DNA from: a virus
Length of the DNA stretch: 64,000 nucleotides
Strand: one strand, 5' to 3'
Virus record (IMG/VR): IMGVR_UViG_3300045988_136447
Span: 1 to 64,000 of that record
Position 1 is the stretch's first letter. Each line of letters begins with the position of its first letter. Made by a program: the position numbers and the translations under genes. Shown here one piece after another: positions 28,369 through 36,693 of this stretch. Under the pieces are notes generated by a model. It was not told where the DNA came from. It ran no database searches and worked only from the letters and a program-made list of their open reading frames with translations.

Positions 28369-28951
28369 GCAGTCACTACAAAATAAGATTGCATATAAAA
28401 ATGTAATCATTAAACAGTTGGATGCCAAGAAAGCTCAATACGCTAAACTGAAACATGAACTGGAAGTTGCGACAAGTACTCAAGCGCTGATTCAGGAAGC
28501 CGCACAACTTACACTATCCAGCATTTCGGTCAAGATAGATACCATCGTAACTAAGGTTATTCAGACGGTGTTTTCGAAGCCGTATAAATTCCATTTGGAG
28601 TTCAGAATCCTGTATGGGAAACTCGCTACGGATATGTATCTTGAGAGAGACGGAAAGCGCTATGATCCGAAATCAGATAACGGTGACGGCATGGTAGATA
28701 TCGTAGCGCTGGCACTGAGGGTTGCAGTAATCTGCCTGGATAAGCGAAACTTGAGAAGGATTCTTATTCTTGATGAGCCTTGCGGAGCACTGTCCGTAAA
28801 CTTCCAAGAGTACCTTGGAAAGATGTTGGAGTATTTTAGAGAAAAATTGAACTTTCAAATTTTTATGATTGCGGCACATGGTTCAAATTTGAATATCGAA
28901 TCCGCAAAATATTTTGATGTTCAGAATTTCATTGAGAATGGAGAATACTAA
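28328..28951 (+). CDS. sbcC: SbcC/Rad50-like ATPase, C-terminal half (coiled coil + head B)
   Basis: Walker B/D-loop ILILDEPCGALS; AGGAGA RBS before ATG 28328. Confidence 0.7.
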   Translation: MISKENMGICSTIEQSLQNKIAYKNVIIKQLDAKKAQYAKLKHELEVATSTQALIQEAAQLTLSSISVKIDTIVTKVIQTVFSKPYKFHLEFRILYGKLATDMYLERDGKRYDPKSDNGDGMVDIVALALRVAVICLDKRNLRRILILDEPCGALSVNFQEYLGKMLEYFREKLNFQIFMIAAHGSNLNIESAKYFDVQNFIENGEY

Positions 28952-28952
28952 T

Positions 28953-28976
28953 AAAGGGGGCCGAGTGGCCCCCTTT
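28953..28976. terminator. Bidirectional rho-independent terminator aaaGGGGGCCgagtGGCCCCCttt
   Basis: Perfect GC stem flanked by A- and T-runs at convergence of + and - gene blocks. Confidence 0.8.
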
Positions 28977-28980
28977 ATCA

Positions 28981-29316
28981 TTACACTCCGGTGACAAAGA
29001 ACTTACGTGTAAACTTATCGTAAGTAATCACGTAAGTCACGTCAGCGGTCAGAGAAGTAGCGGTAAGCTGCGCCCCCGTAACTCCCGAATACAGCGGAGC
29101 GGAAGAACCGCAACACGTAGCGAGAAACACGAGGTTCGATGCCGTAGGGCTGATAATCGGAATATTAACCCGAAAAAGCTCATTCCGGCACAGATTGCAC
29201 ATTCTTGCATTGATTCCAACGTTCATAGACGTATCGGAAACGGAAACCGAAGCCTTATACACCCAATTACCGTTGCAGTCTCGATACTCATTACTGCAAA
29301 GACAGTTGCAAGCCAT
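28981..29316 (-). CDS. hypothetical Cys-rich protein
   Basis: ORF; GGAGG RBS before internal ATG. Confidence 0.4.
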   Translation of the reverse strand: MACNCLCSNEYRDCNGNWVYKASVSVSDTSMNVGINARMCNLCRNELFRVNIPIISPTASNLVFLATCCGSSAPLYSGVTGAQLTATSLTADVTYVITYDKFTRKFFVTGV

Positions 29317-29345
29317 AGTATCACCTCCTTCCATTGAGGATGGGA

Positions 29346-29792
29346 TTAGTTGCAACCGCAACCGCACGAGGGATACGACTTCACGCCACAGCCTGTAACG
29401 ATGCTGTTAAGGGTATTGTTGACCTGCGAAAGCTGATTGTTGGTCTGGCAGCCCACGGCATTGACGATCGCCTGAGTGCGGAGAGCCTGAATCTCATTCG
29501 CCTGATCGGTGATCTTCTGCTGATTGATAGCGGCAAACCCTTCACGGATAAGCTGCGCATTCGCATTGGTCTGCTGAGCGATGAAGTTGAGTCCGGCGCG
29601 ATTCTCACCAGTATATTCGCCTTGCTGGAAACAGGTCTGACAGCCGCCGCCTTGCATCGCATTGCCACAGCTTCCAAATCCATTTCCGAAAGCGTTGTTT
29701 TTACCAACGAGATAGCCGCCGATACCACCGATTACAGCGCCCCAAAGCGGCCCCCAACCGTTACCCGTGTTGTTTGTGACTGTTTCGTACAT
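29346..29792 (-). CDS. hypothetical Gly-rich protein with N-terminal glycine-zipper TM-like segment
   Basis: GAVIGGIGGYLVG; GNGFGSCGN; C-terminal CGCGCN. Confidence 0.45.
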   Translation of the reverse strand: MYETVTNNTGNGWGPLWGAVIGGIGGYLVGKNNAFGNGFGSCGNAMQGGGCQTCFQQGEYTGENRAGLNFIAQQTNANAQLIREGFAAINQQKITDQANEIQALRTQAIVNAVGCQTNNQLSQVNNTLNSIVTGCGVKSYPSCGCGCN

Positions 29793-29804
29793 AATCCGTA
29801 CTCC

Positions 29805-30323
29805 TTATTGCGCTTTATTACTATCTGAATCAGAGCTTGCGCCAGCTTCCGATTCAGCCCACGGCGGCTTACCGCCGACCGTGGTACGTTCAACTTTAGG
29901 CATCCCATTAGTTTCTTCCGGCTCTTCCGGGATAAGTCCGGCAGCTTTCGCTTTCGGAATGAATCTTTCAGCCACGTTGTCAGACAGAACTTTCAGCTTT
30001 TCGACAGTGGTATCCTTCCATCCCCTGTTCTTTCTGAACGAAATACATACGTCCATAAGGGAGTAGCCGGAAAGACTGGCGGCGGCAATTTCAGATTCCC
30101 AATCTGCAAATCCAAGAGCAAGCCCCCCCTGATAATACCTATCAAACATTGCTTGCTGTTCTGCCGCTTTATTGACAAGTCCGGGGCCGTTGTTGACGGT
30201 ATCGATAAATGTGTTGAAAGATTTGATAACATGATCTGCCGGTTGTCTGAATATGGATTCAATCTTAGCTTTTGTGCTAGGATTATTCATAATGAAAGGC
30301 ATAATCAAATCTTGAAGATTCAT
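29805..30323 (-). CDS. hypothetical protein
   Basis: ORF. Confidence 0.45.
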   Translation of the reverse strand: MNLQDLIMPFIMNNPSTKAKIESIFRQPADHVIKSFNTFIDTVNNGPGLVNKAAEQQAMFDRYYQGGLALGFADWESEIAAASLSGYSLMDVCISFRKNRGWKDTTVEKLKVLSDNVAERFIPKAKAAGLIPEEPEETNGMPKVERTTVGGKPPWAESEAGASSDSDSNKAQ

Positions 30324-30664
30324 TACTCTTCCTCCATGAGATCATGCGCAAAACTGGAAGTCTGAAACTCCATAGCTTCGTAGATCACTTCGGCGAAAGT
30401 AACCCAATCACCGGTGACAACGGCTCTACGGATGGCATGAGCGATTTCGTCTTTCACTTGATCTTCCGTTTTCGGTTTGAAATCGAGGCAGAACACGTTT
30501 CTCAAGTTTTCACGGGCCTTATCATGCATCTCTTCAATGTATTCGGATGCCTTGTCGCACATGTGGGAATACGACCGCATATGATGCTTAGCGATCAGTT
30601 CAATATCCGCGCAGTGGAGTTCGACCTCTTTTCCGTCATGCAGCTTAAATTTTACGAGTTCCAT
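30323..30664 (-). CDS. hypothetical protein
   Basis: ORF. Confidence 0.45.
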   Translation of the reverse strand: MELVKFKLHDGKEVELHCADIELIAKHHMRSYSHMCDKASEYIEEMHDKARENLRNVFCLDFKPKTEDQVKDEIAHAIRRAVVTGDWVTFAEVIYEAMEFQTSSFAHDLMEEE

Positions 30665-30774
30665 ATAACCACCTCAAAGTATTACATCTAACGAGTGAAT
30701 TCCCGTTGACTGGTGATACATTATTGCAATCGTAATTGTAATGCAAAATAAAAAGAACATGACTATTGAAAATA

Positions 30775-31176
30775 TCAATAGTCATGTTTAAAGGAATTTA
30801 AAATCGAGAGAATGTCTCGAAAAGCTGTTTTATCGAATTTTAGAGACTTGTCCGGGTACACCTCATGGCGCAACCACAGCCTCCTGCGGCAATGATTGCA
30901 TACTTGATTTGCGTTCATCTCCTCTTTCGGGAAGTATTTACCGCAACCACCTCTACAACGTACTCCCCTGTTACACTCCTCTTTATGTTTGGCTTGTTTA
31001 AAGATGTAATCATGTAAGCATACCAGTGTAGCGTAATCGTAATGGTAAATCGGTCTACCAAACGCGGTCTTAGTTGTGAACACCGGATCGATCTCAAGTT
31101 TCGAAAGCAGCCACCTAAGCGTTTTATCCGGTAATCCGGTTATTTTCATAAGCTGTTTTCGGGTATAAGTTTCCAT
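30775..31176 (-). CDS. DNA-binding protein: N-terminal HTH (MerR/excisionase-like) + C-terminal Cys4 zinc finger
   Basis: KQLMKITGLPDKTLRWLL; CRGGCGK…CNHCRRR. Confidence 0.5.
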   Translation of the reverse strand: METYTRKQLMKITGLPDKTLRWLLSKLEIDPVFTTKTAFGRPIYHYDYATLVCLHDYIFKQAKHKEECNRGVRCRGGCGKYFPKEEMNANQVCNHCRRRLWLRHEVYPDKSLKFDKTAFRDILSILNSFKHDY

Positions 31177-31196
31177 GTAAAATAACCTAAAATCGT

Positions 31197-31242
31197 GTCA
31201 CTGTGATGTCACTGTGATGTCACTGTGATGTCACAGTGACAT
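31197..31242. repeat. 3.5 tandem copies of 11-bp unit GTCACTGTGAT ending in perfect palindrome TGTCACAGTGACA; putative operator array
   Basis: Seen directly; located in the 65-bp gap upstream of HTH/Zn gene start (31176). Confidence 0.8.
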
Positions 31243-31610
31243 TAATTTCGACTCCTAGACAGGGTTTGCCGCGCGTTGTCGTAGGCGCGTTTGGCATTAT
31301 CTGCGGTGGTTTGCATTTCTTTCATCTGTGACGTGAACTCGGAAAGTTCTCTTTGAGTAGACGCAAGATCACGATTCAAGATCAAAACCAAGATAAATGC
31401 GATTAGGGCTAAAGTACTTGTCAAGAGGTGGAAGGCGCTGCTTGCGATAAACAAAATCATGATAACCGTTTTGTTTGAAACCACTTGTTTATCAACGCTG
31501 TGCTGGATGTGCTCTTTGAATGCTTCCCAATCATTCATCTGTTCGATGTCAGACTTCAATGGATTATTTTGGAGCATACTCATTTCCTTATTTAGTAGTT
31601 GTGCGGTCAC
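31242..31610 (-). CDS. hypothetical membrane protein (one long TM segment + coiled coil)
   Basis: VIMILFIASSAFHLLTSTLALIAFILVLIL. Confidence 0.45.
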   Translation of the reverse strand: MTAQLLNKEMSMLQNNPLKSDIEQMNDWEAFKEHIQHSVDKQVVSNKTVIMILFIASSAFHLLTSTLALIAFILVLILNRDLASTQRELSEFTSQMKEMQTTADNAKRAYDNARQTLSRSRN

Positions 31611-32397
31611 ATACAGAGTGAATCCACTTAATTACTTCCTGTGTATCAAACGGTTTAATGCCGTCTGCGTCAATGTACGCAATCGGCCGTTTCCGATAAT
31701 AGGTAAACGGAAATTTGTTGTGCAAGTGCAAAACCCTTCCCGGGTACATTGCCGCGGCCATACAGAGGGTTCCGGAGTTTACCCCGATGAATGCTTGGCA
31801 TTGCTGTAAAACGCCTGTAAACGCTGTTACAGACGGTTCTACACCGCGCGTAGAGCAGTTTACAAAGTCATACGGTTCATTCTTGACATTATACTGCATG
31901 TGCCGGAAATACACTTCGATCGGAACTTTACCGCAGGATTGAATAGCCTGCCACACTTGTTTAGCAACGTGGTACGGGATATTATAATTTGAGTTGCTGT
32001 TGCACATAAAAGATACCCCGATAAACGGAGACTGTACTTTAGGCGGTTGCCATGTGAAATCCAAACTCAAATCAAAATCAATTCCAAGCTCATGAATGCA
32101 GCAGCACTCCGGTTTGGAATACTTTTGAAATCTATAATCAGTTGGAGTTTCGTGAAATACGATTACAAATACATAGTCATAGTATGCCTGCTCTTTTGGC
32201 TGCGGAAAGATATCAGTTCTTCCTTCAGCCCATTCAACTGCAATTTCACTCTGTGGGTACTGATTTTGAAGCCGCAAAAGGAGCGGCATAAACATAACAT
32301 CATCCCCAAGACCATGAGGAAAGTAAAGAAGGGCTTTGCATCCTTCTTTAAGATACTCCGCTACTTTCTTTTTACTAAAATCTCTAATTATAATCAT
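31588..32397 (-). CDS. GT9 (heptosyltransferase)-like glycosyltransferase, second copy
   Basis: ALLYFPHGLGDDVMFMPLLLRL…; C-terminal FIGVNSGTLCMAAAMYPGRVLHL. Confidence 0.45.
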   Translation of the reverse strand: MIIIRDFSKKKVAEYLKEGCKALLYFPHGLGDDVMFMPLLLRLQNQYPQSEIAVEWAEGRTDIFPQPKEQAYYDYVFVIVFHETPTDYRFQKYSKPECCCIHELGIDFDLSLDFTWQPPKVQSPFIGVSFMCNSNSNYNIPYHVAKQVWQAIQSCGKVPIEVYFRHMQYNVKNEPYDFVNCSTRGVEPSVTAFTGVLQQCQAFIGVNSGTLCMAAAMYPGRVLHLHNKFPFTYYRKRPIAYIDADGIKPFDTQEVIKWIHSVCDRTTTK

Positions 32398-32399
32398 AA

Positions 32400-33131
32400 T
32401 CAGTGTTGTTTAATAAACAAATGAAATTGCATACACGAAATTTTACCTAAATGGATAATCGAAAATCCACATTTTTCTGCAATACATCTCAGCGTATTTT
32501 TTGAATACAGCATTACGTGTCCAACCCTCGGACACGTATAGTAATTCGTCTTCACCTCCATCATATCATCAGTCACATCAGTACTGACAAGTACTGCACC
32601 TCCAAGATAAAGCATATTACTGAACTTTTTAAATGTCTCAACAATATTGTAATCGTGTTCAATCACTTCTGTACAGGTTATCAGCTCATATTTATCGCGA
32701 AGTGGCTCTGCGTTTACAGAGTAGTATGGATCATAGCCATACACTCTTGAAAATCCATCTTTACGCAATCTATCGATCCAAAATCCATTACCGCATCCGT
32801 AGTCCAAAATGTAAGCACCGGAGCATAGATAATAGTTGAACATTGTATGCATTAAATTATACATACAGGTAGGTCTATTTCCATGTTCATTGATAATATC
32901 AGAATCATACTTTGCGTATGCCTCATTGTAAACATGTTCTTTAAACTCTGAAGTGCCCCAATTACGTTGAGTTTCTGAGAAATAAAGACCACACTCACTA
33001 CAATGCCTGTAATCGATAGTAGGGCTGAAGTCAGACCCATCAAGGTTGATTTTCCCATTCCTGAAAGGAACTGTAAACACAAAATCGGAGCTGTATCCGC
33101 AGACTGGACACAAGGTGGTATTTGTAGTCAT
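32400..33131 (-). CDS. class I SAM-dependent methyltransferase with N-terminal zinc-ribbon (sugar C/O-methyltransferase-like architecture)
   Basis: CPVCGYS…CSECGLYF; motif I ILDYGCGNGFW. Confidence 0.7.
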   Translation of the reverse strand: MTTNTTLCPVCGYSSDFVFTVPFRNGKINLDGSDFSPTIDYRHCSECGLYFSETQRNWGTSEFKEHVYNEAYAKYDSDIINEHGNRPTCMYNLMHTMFNYYLCSGAYILDYGCGNGFWIDRLRKDGFSRVYGYDPYYSVNAEPLRDKYELITCTEVIEHDYNIVETFKKFSNMLYLGGAVLVSTDVTDDMMEVKTNYYTCPRVGHVMLYSKNTLRCIAEKCGFSIIHLGKISCMQFHLFIKQH

Positions 33132-33358
33132 TGTTTACTATCTAATTTGGTTTCTATTCGATTTAAGGATGCCCTGAATTCCATACACTTATCTTTACAG
33201 TCTGATCGTAGCATGTAATCTTCTCTGGTATCATGCAACAAATCAGCAATCTCTTTTACTGAGGCAGTAAGTTCTTTAAGATTTGGACGGTAGACAAACG
33301 CAGCAATCCCCCATACCGCGCCGACAATTCCAACAATATAAGAGATCGATTCAAGCAT
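33128..33358 (-). CDS. small membrane protein (holin-like candidate)
   Basis: N-terminal TM IVGIVGAVWGIAAFVY followed by charged tail. Confidence 0.35.
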   Translation of the reverse strand: MLESISYIVGIVGAVWGIAAFVYRPNLKELTASVKEIADLLHDTREDYMLRSDCKDKCMEFRASLNRIETKLDSKQ

Positions 33359-33432
33359 TAAGCGCGTTCCTCCGTTTTAATTTTTAATATAGCGCGCTTA
33401 TTCGTAAATGCAAGTAATTTTATAAAATTAGC

Positions 33433-33457
33433 ATGGGAAACCTATAAGGTTTCCCAT
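33433..33457. terminator. Stem-loop atgggaaacc-tataa-ggtttcccat flanked by A/T runs; left boundary of GC-rich island
   Basis: Inverted repeat seen directly. Confidence 0.6.
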
Positions 33458-33465
33458 TTATTTTA

Positions 33466-33912
33466 CTATTCTACGGAAGGTGTAGGATTGGAAATTTGGC
33501 TGTTATCTGTTGTATTCTTGAGCAAATCAACTCGATACTGCCAATAGAGTTTCATGACTTCGATATAGGAGGCTGCGGCTTCCGGGGAATTTTCGGAAAG
33601 GTCGACCAGATAGCCGGTGATCTGCGGGCCGACGTCGCGGCGCAGGCGTTTCACGCCTTTGATGTTTCCGGTACTGTCGTCGACCGAAACGCCGTTGTCG
33701 GCATCGATTTCGACATCCCAGCTTGCGTTCTCCCGGCTGACGTCGATGACGTTCAGGCCGTCCGTGTAGCTGGCATTAGCCGTTGCGTTCTGCGGATCAA
33801 TCCCGAGATTGACACGGGTCCCGAGCGTGAAGGCTCCTGTGTTGTGGCTGCATCCCGGCAGCAGCAGCGCGGCGGCGATGACGGTGATGGTGATAAGAAT
33901 TGTCTGTTTCAT
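33466..33912 (-). CDS. lipoprotein (signal peptide + lipobox LLPGC)
   Basis: MKQTILITITVIAAALLLPGCSHN; GC-rich. Confidence 0.55.
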   Translation of the reverse strand: MKQTILITITVIAAALLLPGCSHNTGAFTLGTRVNLGIDPQNATANASYTDGLNVIDVSRENASWDVEIDADNGVSVDDSTGNIKGVKRLRRDVGPQITGYLVDLSENSPEAAASYIEVMKLYWQYRVDLLKNTTDNSQISNPTPSVE

Positions 33913-34116
33913 TGTTTCCGGTCTCCTTTATTTAATGATCGCGGCGGTTGTCGCCGCGATTGCCACGATGGTGGTCGCACGCTTTGTACGACACTTTATG
34001 TTTGTCGATCTTGTTGATTTTCCGGAGCATCTGGTTCTGCCCTTTTCGATGCGTTTCTGCACCCGCAGCCGTCCGAGCAAAAGCGGGCCTACGACTGCAA
34101 AGATTTTCCGACGGCT

Positions 34117-34566
34117 TCAAGATGCTCCATTGGCCGCCTCCTTGTACTTCCACGCCCAGCCGCCGAATTCGCGCAGGATCGCGTGAAACTTCCGCATCTG
34201 TTTGCGAACCCAATAGCGGCGCGGATCGTACCAGCCGTAGCGGTAATTCGCCAGCTTCAGGCCGTTTTCAAGCATCTCGTCGTCAGCGTCCTTGCGTTCC
34301 GCTTCCGTACCGCCGAGCGCGCAGCGGATGTCGTGGATATCGGCGGCAAGAACAAGGGTCGGGTTCAATCCGCTGATCACCTCCCGCAGCCATTCAGGCA
34401 TCCAGTCCGCGCCGATGCCGTTGCAGACGCGACAGGCGCGTTCGCGGTCAAGCAGCAGTTCCGCGCCGGAAAGTTTCGCCGCTTTCGCAAGCGCAATTTT
34501 CTCTTCAATTTCATTCAGACTGTACATCCGTAACCTCCTGTTCCGCTTGTGTCTCTGCCAATTCAT
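34117..34566 (-). CDS. hypothetical protein (GC-rich island)
   Basis: ORF; codon bias consistent with island. Confidence 0.4.
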   Translation of the reverse strand: MNWQRHKRNRRLRMYSLNEIEEKIALAKAAKLSGAELLLDRERACRVCNGIGADWMPEWLREVISGLNPTLVLAADIHDIRCALGGTEAERKDADDEMLENGLKLANYRYGWYDPRRYWVRKQMRKFHAILREFGGWAWKYKEAANGAS

Positions 34567-34972
34567 CCATTTTCGCCCGGACTGCTTCGATGGTCAGATC
34601 GAACGCGGCGAGCCAAACCGGAACGCGCGAATCCTTTAGGTCGATCTGCCCACCGGGAGCGGCGTCGGAGGTCAGCAGCGCCAGTCCCGCGATGCCCTGC
34701 TTGAAGGTATCCGGGTTCTGTAGCGCCGCCGCCAGCTGATCCGCTGGAATCAGCGCATAGAGCGCGTTGATGAACGCTTCCTTATCCACCCATTCTTCCG
34801 TCGGTTCCGGCTCGGGAAGTTCGATGATCTCGCCGTCCACGATGTCCAGACGCGAAAGCGGCAGCGTGCTATCACAGCGCAGGTAGCCGTGTGCGGCGTA
34901 GTATTCCGCGCCGCGATAGGGCGGGATGGGCGACTCCTCGACGTATCCGTTGATTTTTCGTATGTATCTCAT
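34511..34972 (-). CDS. hypothetical protein (possible fibre assembly factor), start at MRYIRK with GGAGGA RBS
   Basis: ORF, RBS. Confidence 0.4.
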   Translation of the reverse strand: MRYIRKINGYVEESPIPPYRGAEYYAAHGYLRCDSTLPLSRLDIVDGEIIELPEPEPTEEWVDKEAFINALYALIPADQLAAALQNPDTFKQGIAGLALLTSDAAPGGQIDLKDSRVPVWLAAFDLTIEAVRAKMDELAETQAEQEVTDVQSE

Positions 34973-34986
34973 TGGTTCCTCCAAAG

Positions 34987-36693
34987 TTATGCTTGTTTCG
35001 GCGTCAGCGCCGCGATTTCGGCGGCGGAAAGCGCACGGTCGAACAGCAGACACGAATGAATTTTTCCGTAATAGTTACTCCACAAACCATTGCGATTATC
35101 CATCAGCGCGAATGAATCGGGACAGGCATAACCATCCATTTTCGGAATCCCGTTAACAATTTCTGATTTAAGCAGAACTCCGCAATGATAAATGGAAAGT
35201 CTGGTTTTATCATCCATCAGCTCGACAACAGCGACAACGGAGTTACGTCCGGCCAGATGGCCGGGGAGGATTGCCTCCGACAGATGTCTGGCGCCTGCAA
35301 TATCTACGCTGACTTCGAGTCGATATTCAAGCGTATCTACATTGAGCTGCTTATTGTAATTGACGGCAAGCGGAGACGGGATACTTCCTTTCGACGCCCC
35401 TTGTCCGGCAAGTTCTTGTTTACAATAATTAACGGATTCATTTTCCAAAGCCGCCGCGTCAAATTCAACGAACAATGTGTAATCTGAAATTTTTCCGCGC
35501 AAATCCAGCGCGGTATCGACCCTCGCCGGTCGCGTTTCGTCCGCCGCCTCGAACGCCCCCCGGTTGGTGCGGACGTTCGTTTTCGTGATGAGCCGCACCC
35601 GCTCCGCTTCGGACGGATAGCTCCAGACGGTGCGGCCGGAGGTCAGGCTTTTCCAGTACGTTTCGAAGATGACGCCGTCGAAATCGGAGACCGGAGCCGT
35701 TGTTGAATAAACCGCAATTTTCTTCGTTCCAGCCGAAGAAGTTGCCACAACTTCACCGTCAAATTCGACAGTGACGAACAGGCCGACGCGCTGAATACGG
35801 ATCGTGTGTTCTCCAAGCTGCCGAATGCGGTCCAGCGGAATCATAAAGGCACCCACGTCCGTCAGGCGGATGACGCTGTAATTGCCGCCCGTACCGTCAC
35901 CGGCAAAAGCAATATTGATGCTGCCGTTCTGCGAATTGTGATAGAAAATCTGGCTGATCGCCGAGCCTTCCGGATAACCGTCCAGCCGGTAGCGGATGAA
36001 AAATTCACAGTCATCCTCCCCAATCGAAGGGGCGGTTGTTTCTTCATCCCGCCACGCCTCCGGCTCCTCCGCGAAGTTGCGCGGAACGGGCGACGGCCAC
36101 GGATTCGACGTGTCGTTCAGATCGGAGTATGCTGCCTGCCAGACGGCCGTTCCCGTCGAATCGTCGGTCAGGGAAACCGCGTGAAGCGTCACCGGGGCGG
36201 AGGTCGTCACCACCCGGTTGTAAGCGGACGACTCCACACGTTCGCCGCTCTGCTCGTACACCGGGCCGTCCACCGTAACCCGTAACGTGGCGCCCTCGAC
36301 GGCCAGGGTGACTTCATGCCGCCCGGCCAGCGAAGACGCAAACGGAGCGTACACGAACACCCCGCCGTTGAACGAGTAACTTCCGAATACAAACCGGCAA
36401 CCGCGGGCGTCCTTGTCCAATGCAAAGGAGATTCTTCCGTTGCTCTGGTACATGATCCAATAGCTGCCGTTTTCGAAATCGTCGGCAACCGTGAAGTCGA
36501 ACGTAAAGTGATAATCGCTCGTCCAGGGGAGCGACGAATACATGGCGGCCTGTAGCGCATCCCACCGGTATCCCTCGCTGAAGTCGCGCGGCATCGCCGG
36601 GCGCAGACGGCTCCACCAGGAGCCGCCCCGGTCGGGCGTCAGGCAGAGCAGGCAGGACGGATCCTGCGCGGCGTCGGTGATCGGGTCTCTCAT
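34987..36693 (-). CDS. tail fibre / receptor-binding protein candidate with lectin (LamG/ConA)-like domains
   Basis: Size, position distal to tail genes, beta-rich repeats with W/Y/G pattern; GC-rich. Confidence 0.45.
   Translation of the reverse strand: MRDPITDAAQDPSCLLCLTPDRGGSWWSRLRPAMPRDFSEGYRWDALQAAMYSSLPWTSDYHFTFDFTVADDFENGSYWIMYQSNGRISFALDKDARGCRFVFGSYSFNGGVFVYAPFASSLAGRHEVTLAVEGATLRVTVDGPVYEQSGERVESSAYNRVVTTSAPVTLHAVSLTDDSTGTAVWQAAYSDLNDTSNPWPSPVPRNFAEEPEAWRDEETTAPSIGEDDCEFFIRYRLDGYPEGSAISQIFYHNSQNGSINIAFAGDGTGGNYSVIRLTDVGAFMIPLDRIRQLGEHTIRIQRVGLFVTVEFDGEVVATSSAGTKKIAVYSTTAPVSDFDGVIFETYWKSLTSGRTVWSYPSEAERVRLITKTNVRTNRGAFEAADETRPARVDTALDLRGKISDYTLFVEFDAAALENESVNYCKQELAGQGASKGSIPSPLAVNYNKQLNVDTLEYRLEVSVDIAGARHLSEAILPGHLAGRNSVVAVVELMDDKTRLSIYHCGVLLKSEIVNGIPKMDGYACPDSFALMDNRNGLWSNYYGKIHSCLLFDRALSAAEIAALTPKQA

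Noticed and set aside
33496-36555. Many plus-strand ORFs inside the GC-rich island (33496-34017, 33809-34186, 33948-34376, 34183-34533, 34292-34639, 35806-36285, 36036-36278, 36316-36555)
   Set aside because: These are antisense shadow ORFs typical of high-GC DNA, overlapping well-supported minus-strand genes, and rich in Arg/Pro/Ala
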